In this document: one piece after another, positions 55,183-64,000 of the stretch
How the letters are laid out: each line of letters starts with the position of its first letter
How positions within the stretch are numbered: position 1 is the first letter of the stretch
DNA from: a virus
Lineage: Duplodnaviria > Heunggongvirae > Uroviricota > Caudoviricetes
IMG/VR virus record: IMGVR_UViG_2862035965_000001
Strand: one strand, 5' to 3'
Length of the DNA: 64,000 bases
Notes under the pieces: generated by a model
Database searches by the model: none
What the model was told of the DNA's origin: nothing
The model's input: only the letters and a program-made list of their open reading frames with translations
Translations under genes and position numbers: made by a program

Positions 55183-57927
55183 TTAACCTAAGCCACCATC
55201 CAGCACAGCCCGATCCACTGCATCGCGAATAAGTGGTTGTACCCGCTTATCCAGTGTGACTGTTCGACCTCGCTTGATCTGCACAGATTCTTGCTGCACA
55301 CGTCGTTGCACCACCTCAAAAGCTGGCTGTACAGGTACCTGATCAATCTCTTGTTGTCGTTGCGCTGCTAATTCTTCTTCACGAAGAGCCTGCTCTTCTG
55401 CTGCACGCTGGGCACGCTGTCGCGCCTGCTCTTTGATCCTGGCAAGCATGGCGCTGCGTAAAATACCGGTGCGAGAAACCTCAATGCTCGTTGCTTCCAT
55501 GCGTGAAATATCGGCATCCGCTACACCCAACTCTTCGACCACCGCCTCGGGCTCTTGCTGCGAGCTGATCATCCACTCCCGTGCACGCTCAAAGGCATAC
55601 CGTCGCTGGGTGACAAGCTCTCCATAACTACGCACAATCGGTTGACTGACTTTTTGATCGCTAAACCAGTCATAATGTAGATCATGTAAATCAACCCCGC
55701 GCACCTGCTCAAAATCATGCTCCGGTCGGAACACCACCTGAAACCGGCCACGCAAATGATGCACCGGGTCATGAGTCTCACGCTCTGTACTATCACGTGA
55801 CTCTTCCTCAAGATACGTGCGCACAGAATCAGATACATCAGCAGCCGGCAACTCAATTGTTTGCTGCTGTATATGTCGTTCATCTGCAACCTCTCCCCCA
55901 GCCTCGCGTGGATCTGCTGCGTCCATCAATACAGCATCCCCACCGACCTCTAAACGAGCTCCTAGCTGCGCCCATTCTCGACGCAGATCATCAATTTTTT
56001 GCCCATAGGTCACCATCATGCGCTCAATTCGACCATCTAAGACAGCACGTCCGGCTTTACCTTCAGCACCTGTGCGTGCAAGCAATCCACCGCCTGGTTG
56101 ATCATAAAGTTGACGGCCTAAAGCCTCAGCAGCACGTTCATCGCTCATACGAGCCAACGAACGATCCGCACGCAGAGCACGCAGACCCACCACCTTTTTG
56201 CCGTAGTCTGCAACCTCAGCCCACTGTTTTTCCCACTGACCCACAGGTGGCGCAAAGGTTAAAAAGTGCTGGTACTTCGATTGGCACATTGCATGGTACT
56301 GCTCTTCGGCATCATAAAAACTCCACATCACCTGTGAGGTGGGATCTGCTAGACCTTGAGCATTAGCGTCCTCCCAGGATCGTTTTTTCGCAGCAAACTC
56401 ATGGCGTTGTTCGCGGTGATGGTTCAACCGTGCAGAATACGAGCGCAAACGCAGCCCAAATTCCTCAATACTTGGCTCAGGCGCTTCCGCTTCTACTTCT
56501 TGTGTGCCACTACCACCCTGCTCGTCTAGATCCTTACTCTTTTTCCGTGCAATACCATCAAGCAAATCCTCATAGTCTTGACCCATGACAGTCAACATGG
56601 CTGTCGAGACATCGCGCTGCTCATCGGGGATCGCAGATAGGACACTGTAGACACCATTCATAGCCTGCTCAATGATCTTTTCCCGACCATTATCAATCAA
56701 ACGCTGTGTGTCCTGCTTGCCTAAACCTTCTTTGACCCGGCGTTTTTGTGCATACTGATAAACCTGGGACATTGCTGCCGGCATGGGTGAATCTGATTCA
56801 CCTAATCGCGCCTCCACCAACTCACGCACTAATCTATTCGGCTTATCCATTTCTTTGGCGTTGGTCGATGCGCGCCACAGGCGCTTATCCTCGGGCAAAC
56901 AAGCGACTACAAATTGCGCAGCACTTTCTTGGGTAAGTTGATGAAACGCCCAGCGCTTGACATAACTGGTGACATTACGTTTTTCATACCCCACCGCTGC
57001 CGACAAGTGCGCCATATGCTGATGCTGATCAAGCCAGGCATCAATACCACGCCGCAGAACTGCTTTACCGGGTGCATTGATTTTGCCTTTTTGCGTGCCA
57101 TCAGCTGCACGATTCCCATGACCGGCATCGACCAGAGTCAAGTGTGCGTGCACATGCTTCGTATCGACCTGGATCACGCCAACATAGCGTAGGTCATCAT
57201 AATGGCGCTGCGCTAAACGATCGACACCGTGCATGACAGCCATCCGCAGCTTCATCTGATCGACCTGCCCGCGATAATCACCGGCACGCTTAATATCTAA
57301 ATCCTCTGGAATAAGACCATGCTCTGCTAAATATTCTTGAGTAAAAGACAAAACCACTTTCATCACGGTGTGGCCGTCCTCGTAAAGCTCTTGCACATTG
57401 TTACTTGCTGCATGAAGATCATCGTGCGACAGTGAGACATCGCCGTAGCCAAAGGCCACACCGCCATTACCCTGAGCGCTCAGCATCAAATCATGTACGC
57501 GCTGCCCATCCTGGGTAGTAAATTCTGCGAGTTCCCTAGGGTGCACAGGTTGTGATGGGTTGGCGGTGTCGGGAGCTGTGTCCGCGCCCGCGCGCAGTGC
57601 TGCTCGCCGGGCGCTGCGTTCTTCACGACGTTGTTTCAAGGTGGTGCGGCGACCTTGCCGGCCACGACGAGGGCTCATTTCAGGCTGCTGGTCATAGCCT
57701 GTTTCGCTGTCCGTGGTGAGCTGCTCCACAGCGCTATCACGGGCCATATACCGCATGATGAAGTCATCTAGTTTGTTGCGCACAATCGGCGCCACTGTTT
57801 CTACCGCATCACTGCGTGCCATATAGCCAGAAATATATTTACCTGGTGATGATCCCCGAGAACCTTTACCATTTGCTTGTTTGATCGTGTATTCATTGCG
57901 CACGATAATGGCTTGTTTCAAACTCAT
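55183..57927 (-). CDS. HUH relaxase (MobL-like)
   Basis: N-terminal Tyr motifs (YISGYMARSDAVE, FIMRYMARDSAVE), MKVVLSF, HUH motif GVIQVDTKHVHAHL, long helical C-terminal region. Confidence 0.75.
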   Translation of the reverse strand: MSLKQAIIVRNEYTIKQANGKGSRGSSPGKYISGYMARSDAVETVAPIVRNKLDDFIMRYMARDSAVEQLTTDSETGYDQQPEMSPRRGRQGRRTTLKQRREERSARRAALRAGADTAPDTANPSQPVHPRELAEFTTQDGQRVHDLMLSAQGNGGVAFGYGDVSLSHDDLHAASNNVQELYEDGHTVMKVVLSFTQEYLAEHGLIPEDLDIKRAGDYRGQVDQMKLRMAVMHGVDRLAQRHYDDLRYVGVIQVDTKHVHAHLTLVDAGHGNRAADGTQKGKINAPGKAVLRRGIDAWLDQHQHMAHLSAAVGYEKRNVTSYVKRWAFHQLTQESAAQFVVACLPEDKRLWRASTNAKEMDKPNRLVRELVEARLGESDSPMPAAMSQVYQYAQKRRVKEGLGKQDTQRLIDNGREKIIEQAMNGVYSVLSAIPDEQRDVSTAMLTVMGQDYEDLLDGIARKKSKDLDEQGGSGTQEVEAEAPEPSIEEFGLRLRSYSARLNHHREQRHEFAAKKRSWEDANAQGLADPTSQVMWSFYDAEEQYHAMCQSKYQHFLTFAPPVGQWEKQWAEVADYGKKVVGLRALRADRSLARMSDERAAEALGRQLYDQPGGGLLARTGAEGKAGRAVLDGRIERMMVTYGQKIDDLRREWAQLGARLEVGGDAVLMDAADPREAGGEVADERHIQQQTIELPAADVSDSVRTYLEEESRDSTERETHDPVHHLRGRFQVVFRPEHDFEQVRGVDLHDLHYDWFSDQKVSQPIVRSYGELVTQRRYAFERAREWMISSQQEPEAVVEELGVADADISRMEATSIEVSRTGILRSAMLARIKEQARQRAQRAAEEQALREEELAAQRQQEIDQVPVQPAFEVVQRRVQQESVQIKRGRTVTLDKRVQPLIRDAVDRAVLDGGLG

Positions 57928-58020
57928 TTTTCCCCACAGCTCTTTCGTTAACTACTACAACAACAGCGCCGCCACCAAAACGGTAACGACGCTGTTGCTT
58001 CTCCTGATGCCTCACCTTGC

Positions 58021-58629
58021 CTAAAGCACGACGTTGCGCGCCTCTTGATCCACAAGCCAGGCTTCAACACCACGTCTAAACAACACACGCTCGGTGTCCG
58101 TAATCTGCACCTGTGCGTTGCCACGTGCGTCATCGACACCAAAACCTGCATCGGCCATAATGATGTGCGCATACACATAGCTACGACTCACCTCGACAGA
58201 TGCGACATAACGCACGTCCTCAAAAAACGTTCCCTCAAGCCCCATGAGCCCATTCATCACGGCTAAGCGTAATTCCATGAGATCAATGTCTGGATGAGTG
58301 TCCGCATAAATATCCTGACCAAAATAATTCAGGTCAAAGCCCATAACCCCATGCTCATGAAGATAGCTCTTATCAAAAACGACAATTGCCGAGATGACTG
58401 TATGCCCGCACGCAAACAGATCCTGAATATCTTCTGCAGCGGTTGCTACATCTTCATTACTGAGCGACGCGTCACCATAACCGAAGCACGAACCTCCGTC
58501 ATCGGCTCTCAACCCTCGGGCTGCAATATTGTGCTGGATATGCTCATAGGGCTCTAGTTGTGTCTTGGTTGCACCGCGACCTTTGACCAGGCGCTGTTCA
58601 ATCATGACCATAGCGTCATCGAGTTTCAC
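58021..58629 (-). CDS. Truncated relaxase paralogue lacking catalytic residues
   Basis: Aligns by eye with the relaxase core (FGYGDxSLS, GHTV, YLxEHG, LRxAVMxG, RRGxxAWL), but the HUH motif reads SYVYAH and there is no YMAR motif. Confidence 0.7.
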   Translation of the reverse strand: MKLDDAMVMIEQRLVKGRGATKTQLEPYEHIQHNIAARGLRADDGGSCFGYGDASLSNEDVATAAEDIQDLFACGHTVISAIVVFDKSYLHEHGVMGFDLNYFGQDIYADTHPDIDLMELRLAVMNGLMGLEGTFFEDVRYVASVEVSRSYVYAHIIMADAGFGVDDARGNAQVQITDTERVLFRRGVEAWLVDQEARNVVL

Positions 58630-58717
58630 TGTATTTCTCCTGTTGCCTTATGTGTGTATAGCTATGGAAAAATCGGCGCCACCAGCACAAACATGCTTAA
58701 AGTAGCGCCGATTCTCG

Positions 58718-59971
58718 TTATAGGTCTAGCCCGCGTTCTGCAATTTTTTCATCAAGCTCACGCTGCTCCACAGGCGTGGTGTCATATCCATGCTTTTGCT
58801 CGCGAATATATGCCTCACGCACAGATTCTTGAGTCTGGATCTTCTGTGCGACACGTCGGCTGGCTTCACGCTGTGCGGTCTTAGCGCGTGGCTCGCGATC
58901 AAAATCAAGCTCTGTCGCAGAAATCTCTGCAGCACTAATGCTCGCTGGTGCTTCTGCCTCAACGGTATCGACAACATCATCGGCATCAAGATCAATAACG
59001 TCATCGAATTCAAGCTCATCAAGATCATGAACAACATCGTCAATCTCTGCAGCACTAACAGTTGGTGCAGTATCAACCCCAGTCTCACGTTCGCTGTCCT
59101 GCTCAATTTCTCGCTCCACCACAGGCTCCTGGGTGCGAATCTTCTCGTTGTAGAACTCGGTGACTTCGCGCTCCCATTCACTCATACCAGCAGTGTCATC
59201 AAGATCATGGGTAAGGAACTGTTCAGCATCGAAGCTCTCTTCAGCACCAACAAGCACAGGCTCAGTCTGGAAGGAAATTCCAGCAAGTTTCGCCATCAAC
59301 TGTGCCGCGCTCAGCGCTCGCTCCTGCTCAAGGCGCTGCGCATGTGCACTGACACCGGTACGGGTGCGGTTGGCATCAGCGAAAATATCCTTGCCCTCAA
59401 TCTCTGCGCGAGAAATCGACTCAGATAGATCCGTGCCCGCCTCGCCCGCTTCACGCTGGCTACGGTAGTCCTCAAACATGCTGGTGAGCTCATAGCCAGA
59501 GGATTCTTGACTAAAATCCACACCATGAATCTCCGATAATCCCACAAGCACAATCGGTGGTGCATCCTGCGACTCTGGTGCCACGACAGTGACGTCGGCA
59601 TTCATGGGCAACTCCCACGGCAGGCTCGTCATCATCTCGCGCGGTGGCTGGAAACCTTCTAGATACAGTCCTTTATCAATGAGATCTTTATGCTGCTGTG
59701 GACTGAATTTATAAAATCCACTAAAACGCTGTTGGTTTTCTGAATCAAACGTGATTTTTTGAATGTCGTACGGTAGCTGCGACAATGCGGTCACGCTGTC
59801 AATGGCACCCTCAACGTGCAATACCGGTTCATGCTGCGTGCCAATAAACTCAACTTCAACAACATCTGGGGTAAACACCGCGTATACCGGCGCATCAAGT
59901 TGTACTTTTTCACCTTGTTCAGCAACCCGCTGCGCTGCCGGTGAATTGGTGTTAAAACCTGCAAGCTTCAT
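58718..59971 (-). CDS. Hypothetical protein with acidic C-terminal region
   Basis: 417 aa with AGAGAAA RBS, co-oriented. Confidence 0.72.
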   Translation of the reverse strand: MKLAGFNTNSPAAQRVAEQGEKVQLDAPVYAVFTPDVVEVEFIGTQHEPVLHVEGAIDSVTALSQLPYDIQKITFDSENQQRFSGFYKFSPQQHKDLIDKGLYLEGFQPPREMMTSLPWELPMNADVTVVAPESQDAPPIVLVGLSEIHGVDFSQESSGYELTSMFEDYRSQREAGEAGTDLSESISRAEIEGKDIFADANRTRTGVSAHAQRLEQERALSAAQLMAKLAGISFQTEPVLVGAEESFDAEQFLTHDLDDTAGMSEWEREVTEFYNEKIRTQEPVVEREIEQDSERETGVDTAPTVSAAEIDDVVHDLDELEFDDVIDLDADDVVDTVEAEAPASISAAEISATELDFDREPRAKTAQREASRRVAQKIQTQESVREAYIREQKHGYDTTPVEQRELDEKIAERGLDL

Positions 59972-60012
59972 ATCGTTTCTCTTTTCTCTACGTATCGTGA
60001 TGGTCGCGTTAA

Positions 60013-60726
60013 TTAGTAACGGACACTAATGCTGCGAGCTGCAACAACAGCGTCGTTGAGGGCGTCGTGTCGGTTCTTATCGTCTGACTCTTCTGACTCA
60101 GACTGCTCCTGGTGCGCCAGAGTCTCTTCGGCCTGTTCTGCCGAGTAGATGGCATCTAGTTTGCGCTGCTTCTGTGACTCTTTGGCCTGCTGCTTAAGTA
60201 GTTTCTTGCTTGCTCGGGCGCGCTTAGCTTCTTCACGGGAGACCTTTTCACGCCCCGCATACAACCCCTGTCGCAGAGTCATGGTAAAACGCCACAAGGC
60301 GCCGAAGATGAGATTAAGTACCTTCATCACAACAAGTGCCAGCACAATCATGAGGAAAAGCACCGGGATGACCCAGCTAAAGAGGAATCCATCAGTGGTG
60401 GAAACAATCACACCGGCAGAAGCGCCAATGCTAGAAATAACCAGACTTGGCAGCACTGATACCCCCCATGTGCCGATGATGGTGACCACAGTGCCAGCTG
60501 CAAGGATCGCTACCGGCCACACCGCGATGACAAAAACCAGGAAAGCAAACCAACCACCCAGTGAGCCGGTGAGGTTCCAGACCTTATCAACCCACGTAGG
60601 CCACCCACCGGTGCGCGCAGTGATCGGTTCCACCGTATCAACCGCCACCGCCTCTGCATTCTCAACCTGTACCACATCATGAGCGCGCTGCAATTGTCGC
60701 TGTTTCTTATTTTTCGCTCGTGCCAT
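60013..60726 (-). CDS. Polytopic membrane protein
   Basis: Three to four TM helices followed by a charged tail. Confidence 0.75.
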   Translation of the reverse strand: MARAKNKKQRQLQRAHDVVQVENAEAVAVDTVEPITARTGGWPTWVDKVWNLTGSLGGWFAFLVFVIAVWPVAILAAGTVVTIIGTWGVSVLPSLVISSIGASAGVIVSTTDGFLFSWVIPVLFLMIVLALVVMKVLNLIFGALWRFTMTLRQGLYAGREKVSREEAKRARASKKLLKQQAKESQKQRKLDAIYSAEQAEETLAHQEQSESEESDDKNRHDALNDAVVAARSISVRY

Positions 60727-60795
60727 AGTGCTTATCCCAATTCCTTTTTAATACAAGTATGTTTGTCACTTTCTTTTTATAATATTAAAAGACAA

Positions 60796-60834
60796 AACCC
60801 CCAATAGCTAGTCACCGACTAACTATTGGGGGTT
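60796..60834. terminator. Probable terminator
   Basis: AACCCCCAATAG…CTATTGGGGGTT. Confidence 0.7.
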
Positions 60835-60847
60835 GCCCCAGAAACTT

Positions 60848-61564
60848 TTAACCTGAGTACTTCACACCACCGGGAACAGTGCGTGCTTCGAGGTTACGAA
60901 TCTTGCCGTCAATCACGTCATAGGCAAGCCGTGATGTGGAGGTTGTTTCCGCCTCACCGCCAGATCGCTTCGACTTCATCGTCACCGTGGATACATAGCT
61001 GTACTCTGTGCCATTAATACGAGTGACCACAGATTCTAAGCTGCCAAAGCGGTTGGACAGATCCGCATCATAGGCGTAGTGCACTTCGCCAGTTGGGTCT
61101 GTGCGAGCAATACCTGCCATCTCACCAGGCATAAACACAGACATAAACTGTGATTCTTCATCCAAGTCATAAACACGCATCACCTGTTCACGCACGTCAA
61201 GGTAGTCGCGCACGCTGTCCCAGGTCAGCGCCATGGTCAAAAACTCCCGAACAACTGCGTCATCTGCAGCCTTATGTTCAGCATCCATACCGCCAGTAGC
61301 ATCACGCACTACCTGCTCTAACTGACCATCGAGCTTACTGTTTAGCGCATCGCGCTCTTGCTGCAAGGCCATAATCTCGCCAGTTTGACGCTTTAGTACA
61401 GCACTGCGATCAGCAGAAGTACTGATAGCAACAATGATGACCACCACTGCCAAAATCAACGCAATAATCATGACAATATTTCGAACGAAAAAGCGCTTGA
61501 CCTGATCAAGCATCGGCTCATCCTCAGTCACACCACTCTGGTTGTGTAGGTTTCGCGTCGTCAT
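60848..61564 (-). CDS. Bitopic membrane protein, possibly VirB8/TcpC-like
   Basis: One TM helix, a coiled coil, then an alpha/beta extracellular domain (VVREFLTMALTWDS…YSYVSTVT). Confidence 0.55.
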   Translation of the reverse strand: MTTRNLHNQSGVTEDEPMLDQVKRFFVRNIVMIIALILAVVVIIVAISTSADRSAVLKRQTGEIMALQQERDALNSKLDGQLEQVVRDATGGMDAEHKAADDAVVREFLTMALTWDSVRDYLDVREQVMRVYDLDEESQFMSVFMPGEMAGIARTDPTGEVHYAYDADLSNRFGSLESVVTRINGTEYSYVSTVTMKSKRSGGEAETTSTSRLAYDVIDGKIRNLEARTVPGGVKYSG

Positions 61565-62577
61565 TATCGGTTCTCCTGTGCCTTGTTTAGCTCAGCGATT
61601 TCTAGCGCTCGCTGTAGTTCATCAACAAAAATATCTTCGCCCTCAAGCTCTCCGGCTTCACCGCCAGCACGCGCGGCACTCGCCTCGGCGTTTGTGCCAT
61701 GAGCGCCAAATTCAGTTGGTGAAGTGGTTGCACCGATACGCTGATGTCCCTCATAGGTATGCGCCAACGCCAGCGAACTAAACACGCCGGTATTGATGTT
61801 GTAATCAGCTGTTACCCATGCCAACAGTGCACCGTCACGGTCTCCACCAGTCAAACGCGCCTCCCACATCACCACCACGTGCTCAGTATCAGACATCGAC
61901 AGTGTGGGGATCACAGCCCATTCCCAGGACTCAGCACCCATGGGTGCCCAGGTGGGGCGATTATTATCTCCAACAACAACTTCTTGTGGCTGGTACCAAC
62001 GACCTGCCGCCTGAAATTCACCTGTTGTACCAGCGGATACCGTGAATTTTGGCTTGAGCTCGTCAACAATTGCCTTAAACTGCTCGGTAGCCACATCATC
62101 ATCGACACTGGTAATAATGCCGGCTAACTGATTCTGTAAATCAGCCACATTCTGTGCACGTGAGGCTGCTGCATCAAATTGACTAGCAAGAGTCTCTTTT
62201 TTAGGCATTGCCTCTGCAGTGTTTTTTAAGTCATTAACTTCATTACGCAGGGTAACAATCTGCTCATTGTTTGCGCTTACCTTGTCGTCAAAGCCACCTG
62301 AGGTGGTACTTATCCACAACGTTGTACCAATAAATACAGCGCCAGCAAGCACAGTGATCGCGATGCGACCCAAACCAAACAGCGGCTTTCGCTTACTTGC
62401 ATCTTCTTGCGCTTTTGCTAGACGACGTTTACGGATTTGTTCTGCACGACGACGCAGATCATCACCGGTAATCTTCTCGAACGCTTGCTTTTCCTTATCG
62501 CTGCGCACTTCCCCATTGACGACCCCATCGACAGAGATGGGCTTAAGGTCATCCGACCCGCCATTATTCTCAGCCAT
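61564..62577 (-). CDS. Bitopic membrane protein of the conjugation-type cluster
   Basis: One TM helix, a coiled coil and a beta-rich extracellular domain; translationally coupled to the next gene. Confidence 0.65.
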   Translation of the reverse strand: MAENNGGSDDLKPISVDGVVNGEVRSDKEKQAFEKITGDDLRRRAEQIRKRRLAKAQEDASKRKPLFGLGRIAITVLAGAVFIGTTLWISTTSGGFDDKVSANNEQIVTLRNEVNDLKNTAEAMPKKETLASQFDAAASRAQNVADLQNQLAGIITSVDDDVATEQFKAIVDELKPKFTVSAGTTGEFQAAGRWYQPQEVVVGDNNRPTWAPMGAESWEWAVIPTLSMSDTEHVVVMWEARLTGGDRDGALLAWVTADYNINTGVFSSLALAHTYEGHQRIGATTSPTEFGAHGTNAEASAARAGGEAGELEGEDIFVDELQRALEIAELNKAQENR

Positions 62578-62706
62578 ATTAAACCCCTTTTAAAGTTACT
62601 AAGTTATTAAAGTTTCTAGAATATAAGTTATTACACAATAACGGGGCGCACAAGCGCCAACTAGCAGCTCATACGCCCCGTTAGACCAACCCAGCGTGAG
62701 AAAAAC

Positions 62707-64000
62707 TTATCCCGAAGGAGTTGTCATCGTTGGGTTAGTCATCTCGCCAATTTCTTTGCCAGCAGGGATCTGCACACCGGAGAACACTGAGTTTGTCTCG
62801 GACTTGGTGTTGCGGAACACCTTGAAGTTCACACCCCAACCATCCAGGCTTAGGGTGTCCAACGCAGGCGAACGGTCATTCAACGATGCGTGACCAATAG
62901 CTGCATTAGGCTCTGAATTACCAGGGCCCAACATGTCCACAACAACCTCATTGCTGACATACATCGCCACGTGATTCGGTGCACCAAGGAGCACATCGCC
63001 AGGCAACAAATCGCTTTCTGACATAGTGGCAAGATTGCCGATTTCCTCCCAACGGCTCGATCCTGTGCCCACAACATACTCATACTGTGCTGCTGTTGGG
63101 CCTGCCGGGAACGTATCATCCGTACCCGACCAGCGAATAGCGGTGGCAACGCCACGGTCACAGGATGCGTAATACGGATCACCGGTCAGCACTTCATCAT
63201 GGATATAGCGGTAAATATCGGTACCGTCATTGCCACGAGAATCAGCCAAATAAGGATGCGAAATCGTCACCATTGCTTCTGCTGCGGACGTGTTTCCACC
63301 TGAGGTGCGGTCCTCTTCAGGACAATCATTAAGAGCATCCTGCTCATCACGCGCCGTGGCTTTTGCTGCTGCACCATCAGCCATAGAGATCACAGACTCA
63401 CCCAAGGTTGAGTTCTTTTGCCAACCACCCATCTGCGCGTACCACTTAGATGCTTGCTCTGCACGAATGGGTGCATTACCTGGGACATCTGCCGGACGCT
63501 CCCATTCACGCAGGAAATACTCGGACGCTGCGGTGGGGCTATTGCTACTGGCGTTTTTATTATCAACCATTTCCAAAAAAACCTTGCGATCGCTTTCATT
63601 GTCGCCACCAATAGCAAATGCAAGCTGCACGTCGATGTAATGCCAGTCTCGATTTCTATCGGCAGCAAAATCTAGCAACATCTGTGTGCGCCCTGCTGTC
63701 CACTGCCCAAGCCCAATACCCATCGGCTGAGGTTCAAAGTTCTTATCCCACGCAGCTCTCTTCCGGGGACCGATGGTATTTGGTTCATCAAAAATACCCT
63801 CCACCGAAGTCGGGTCGATACCTGATTCTGTCTCAAAGTTGCCCAAGATGCCGGCGATATTTTGATCATTCATCCCAAGATACGACAGCGCACCGTACAC
63901 CAACTTCGCGTTCTCAGTCATATCACCTGCGTCAATGGTAAACGGGTTGGTCGTTACAGGTGTCTCACACAGCTCGATAATGCCGTCTTTTCGACCTGCC
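62707..64000 (-). CDS. Peptidoglycan hydrolase (phage-tail-lysozyme domain plus CHAP/NlpC-like amidase), VirB1-like; 5'-truncated by the window edge
   Basis: IAGILGNFETESGIDP…GIGLGQWT…WERP lysozyme domain; YASCDRG…HVAMY Cys/His dyad; the frame stays open from 63921 to the window end. Confidence 0.82.
   Translation of the reverse strand, partial: AGRKDGIIELCETPVTTNPFTIDAGDMTENAKLVYGALSYLGMNDQNIAGILGNFETESGIDPTSVEGIFDEPNTIGPRKRAAWDKNFEPQPMGIGLGQWTAGRTQMLLDFAADRNRDWHYIDVQLAFAIGGDNESDRKVFLEMVDNKNASSNSPTAASEYFLREWERPADVPGNAPIRAEQASKWYAQMGGWQKNSTLGESVISMADGAAAKATARDEQDALNDCPEEDRTSGGNTSAAEAMVTISHPYLADSRGNDGTDIYRYIHDEVLTGDPYYASCDRGVATAIRWSGTDDTFPAGPTAAQYEYVVGTGSSRWEEIGNLATMSESDLLPGDVLLGAPNHVAMYVSNEVVVDMLGPGNSEPNAAIGHASLNDRSPALDTLSLDGWGVNFKVFRNTKSETNSVFSGVQIPAGKEIGEMTNPTMTTPSG

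Larger units (their letters stand above)
1..64000. mobile_element. Internal segment of a CGP3-like Corynebacterium prophage/ICE-like island (no element boundary in window)
   Basis: CgpS-like silencer, CglI R-M operon, two co-oriented gene arms, and replication plus conjugation-type genes; no host housekeeping genes. Gene order matches my recollection of C. glutamicum CGP3 (not verified by alignment). Confidence 0.88.

Noticed and set aside
62310-62318. Perfect DnaA box TTATCCACA
   Set aside because: A single copy inside a coding region; expected by chance.
4938-63941. Numerous 60-220-aa ORFs antisense to or nested in long genes (e.g. 19246-19917, 32582-33247, 48476-49126, 58790-59428)
   Set aside because: Shadow ORFs of long coding regions with no motifs or translation signals.
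62707-64000. Tail-lysozyme domain as evidence for a virion tail gene
   Set aside because: The lysozyme plus CHAP/NlpC architecture next to bitopic membrane proteins, a relaxase and VirD4 fits a conjugative VirB1-like hydrolase better; there are no other tail genes.

Overview
GC-moderate actinobacterial DNA. The whole window is the interior of one large mobile element closely resembling the Corynebacterium glutamicum CGP3 'prophage': it carries a CgpS-like Lsr2 silencer and the cglIM-cglIR-cglIIR restriction-modification operon. The left arm (1-25 kb, mostly + strand) encodes replication, nucleotide-metabolism and chaperone functions: SNF2 and UvrD helicases, an AEP primase-polymerase, an SSB-like protein, a MoxR-VWA pair, a Clp ATPase, NrdH-like, NUDIX and dNMP kinase proteins, and a probable gyrase inhibitor. 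The right arm (25-64 kb, mostly - strand) is a Gram-positive conjugation-type module with a cell-wall hydrolase, VirB8-like proteins, a MobL-like relaxase plus a catalytically degenerate paralogue, a Clp ATPase and a VirD4/TraG coupling ATPase. It also encodes a very large single-chain two-barrel RNA polymerase that is interrupted by a one-base frameshift. No capsid, portal or terminase gene is recognisable in the window. The strongest observation is that the VirD4/TraG gene is fractured into two genes about 3.1 kb apart. The first ends in an Ala-starting intein N-fragment; the second begins with the matching intein C-fragment (…THN|T). Together they carry the full class 3 W-C-T signature, which points to a naturally split class 3 intein with an atypical split point. 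A free-standing Zn-ribbon/Hef-like putative homing endonuclease and a direct-repeat-flanked membrane gene lie between the two halves. All assignments rest on motif reading and recalled family knowledge; no database search was run.
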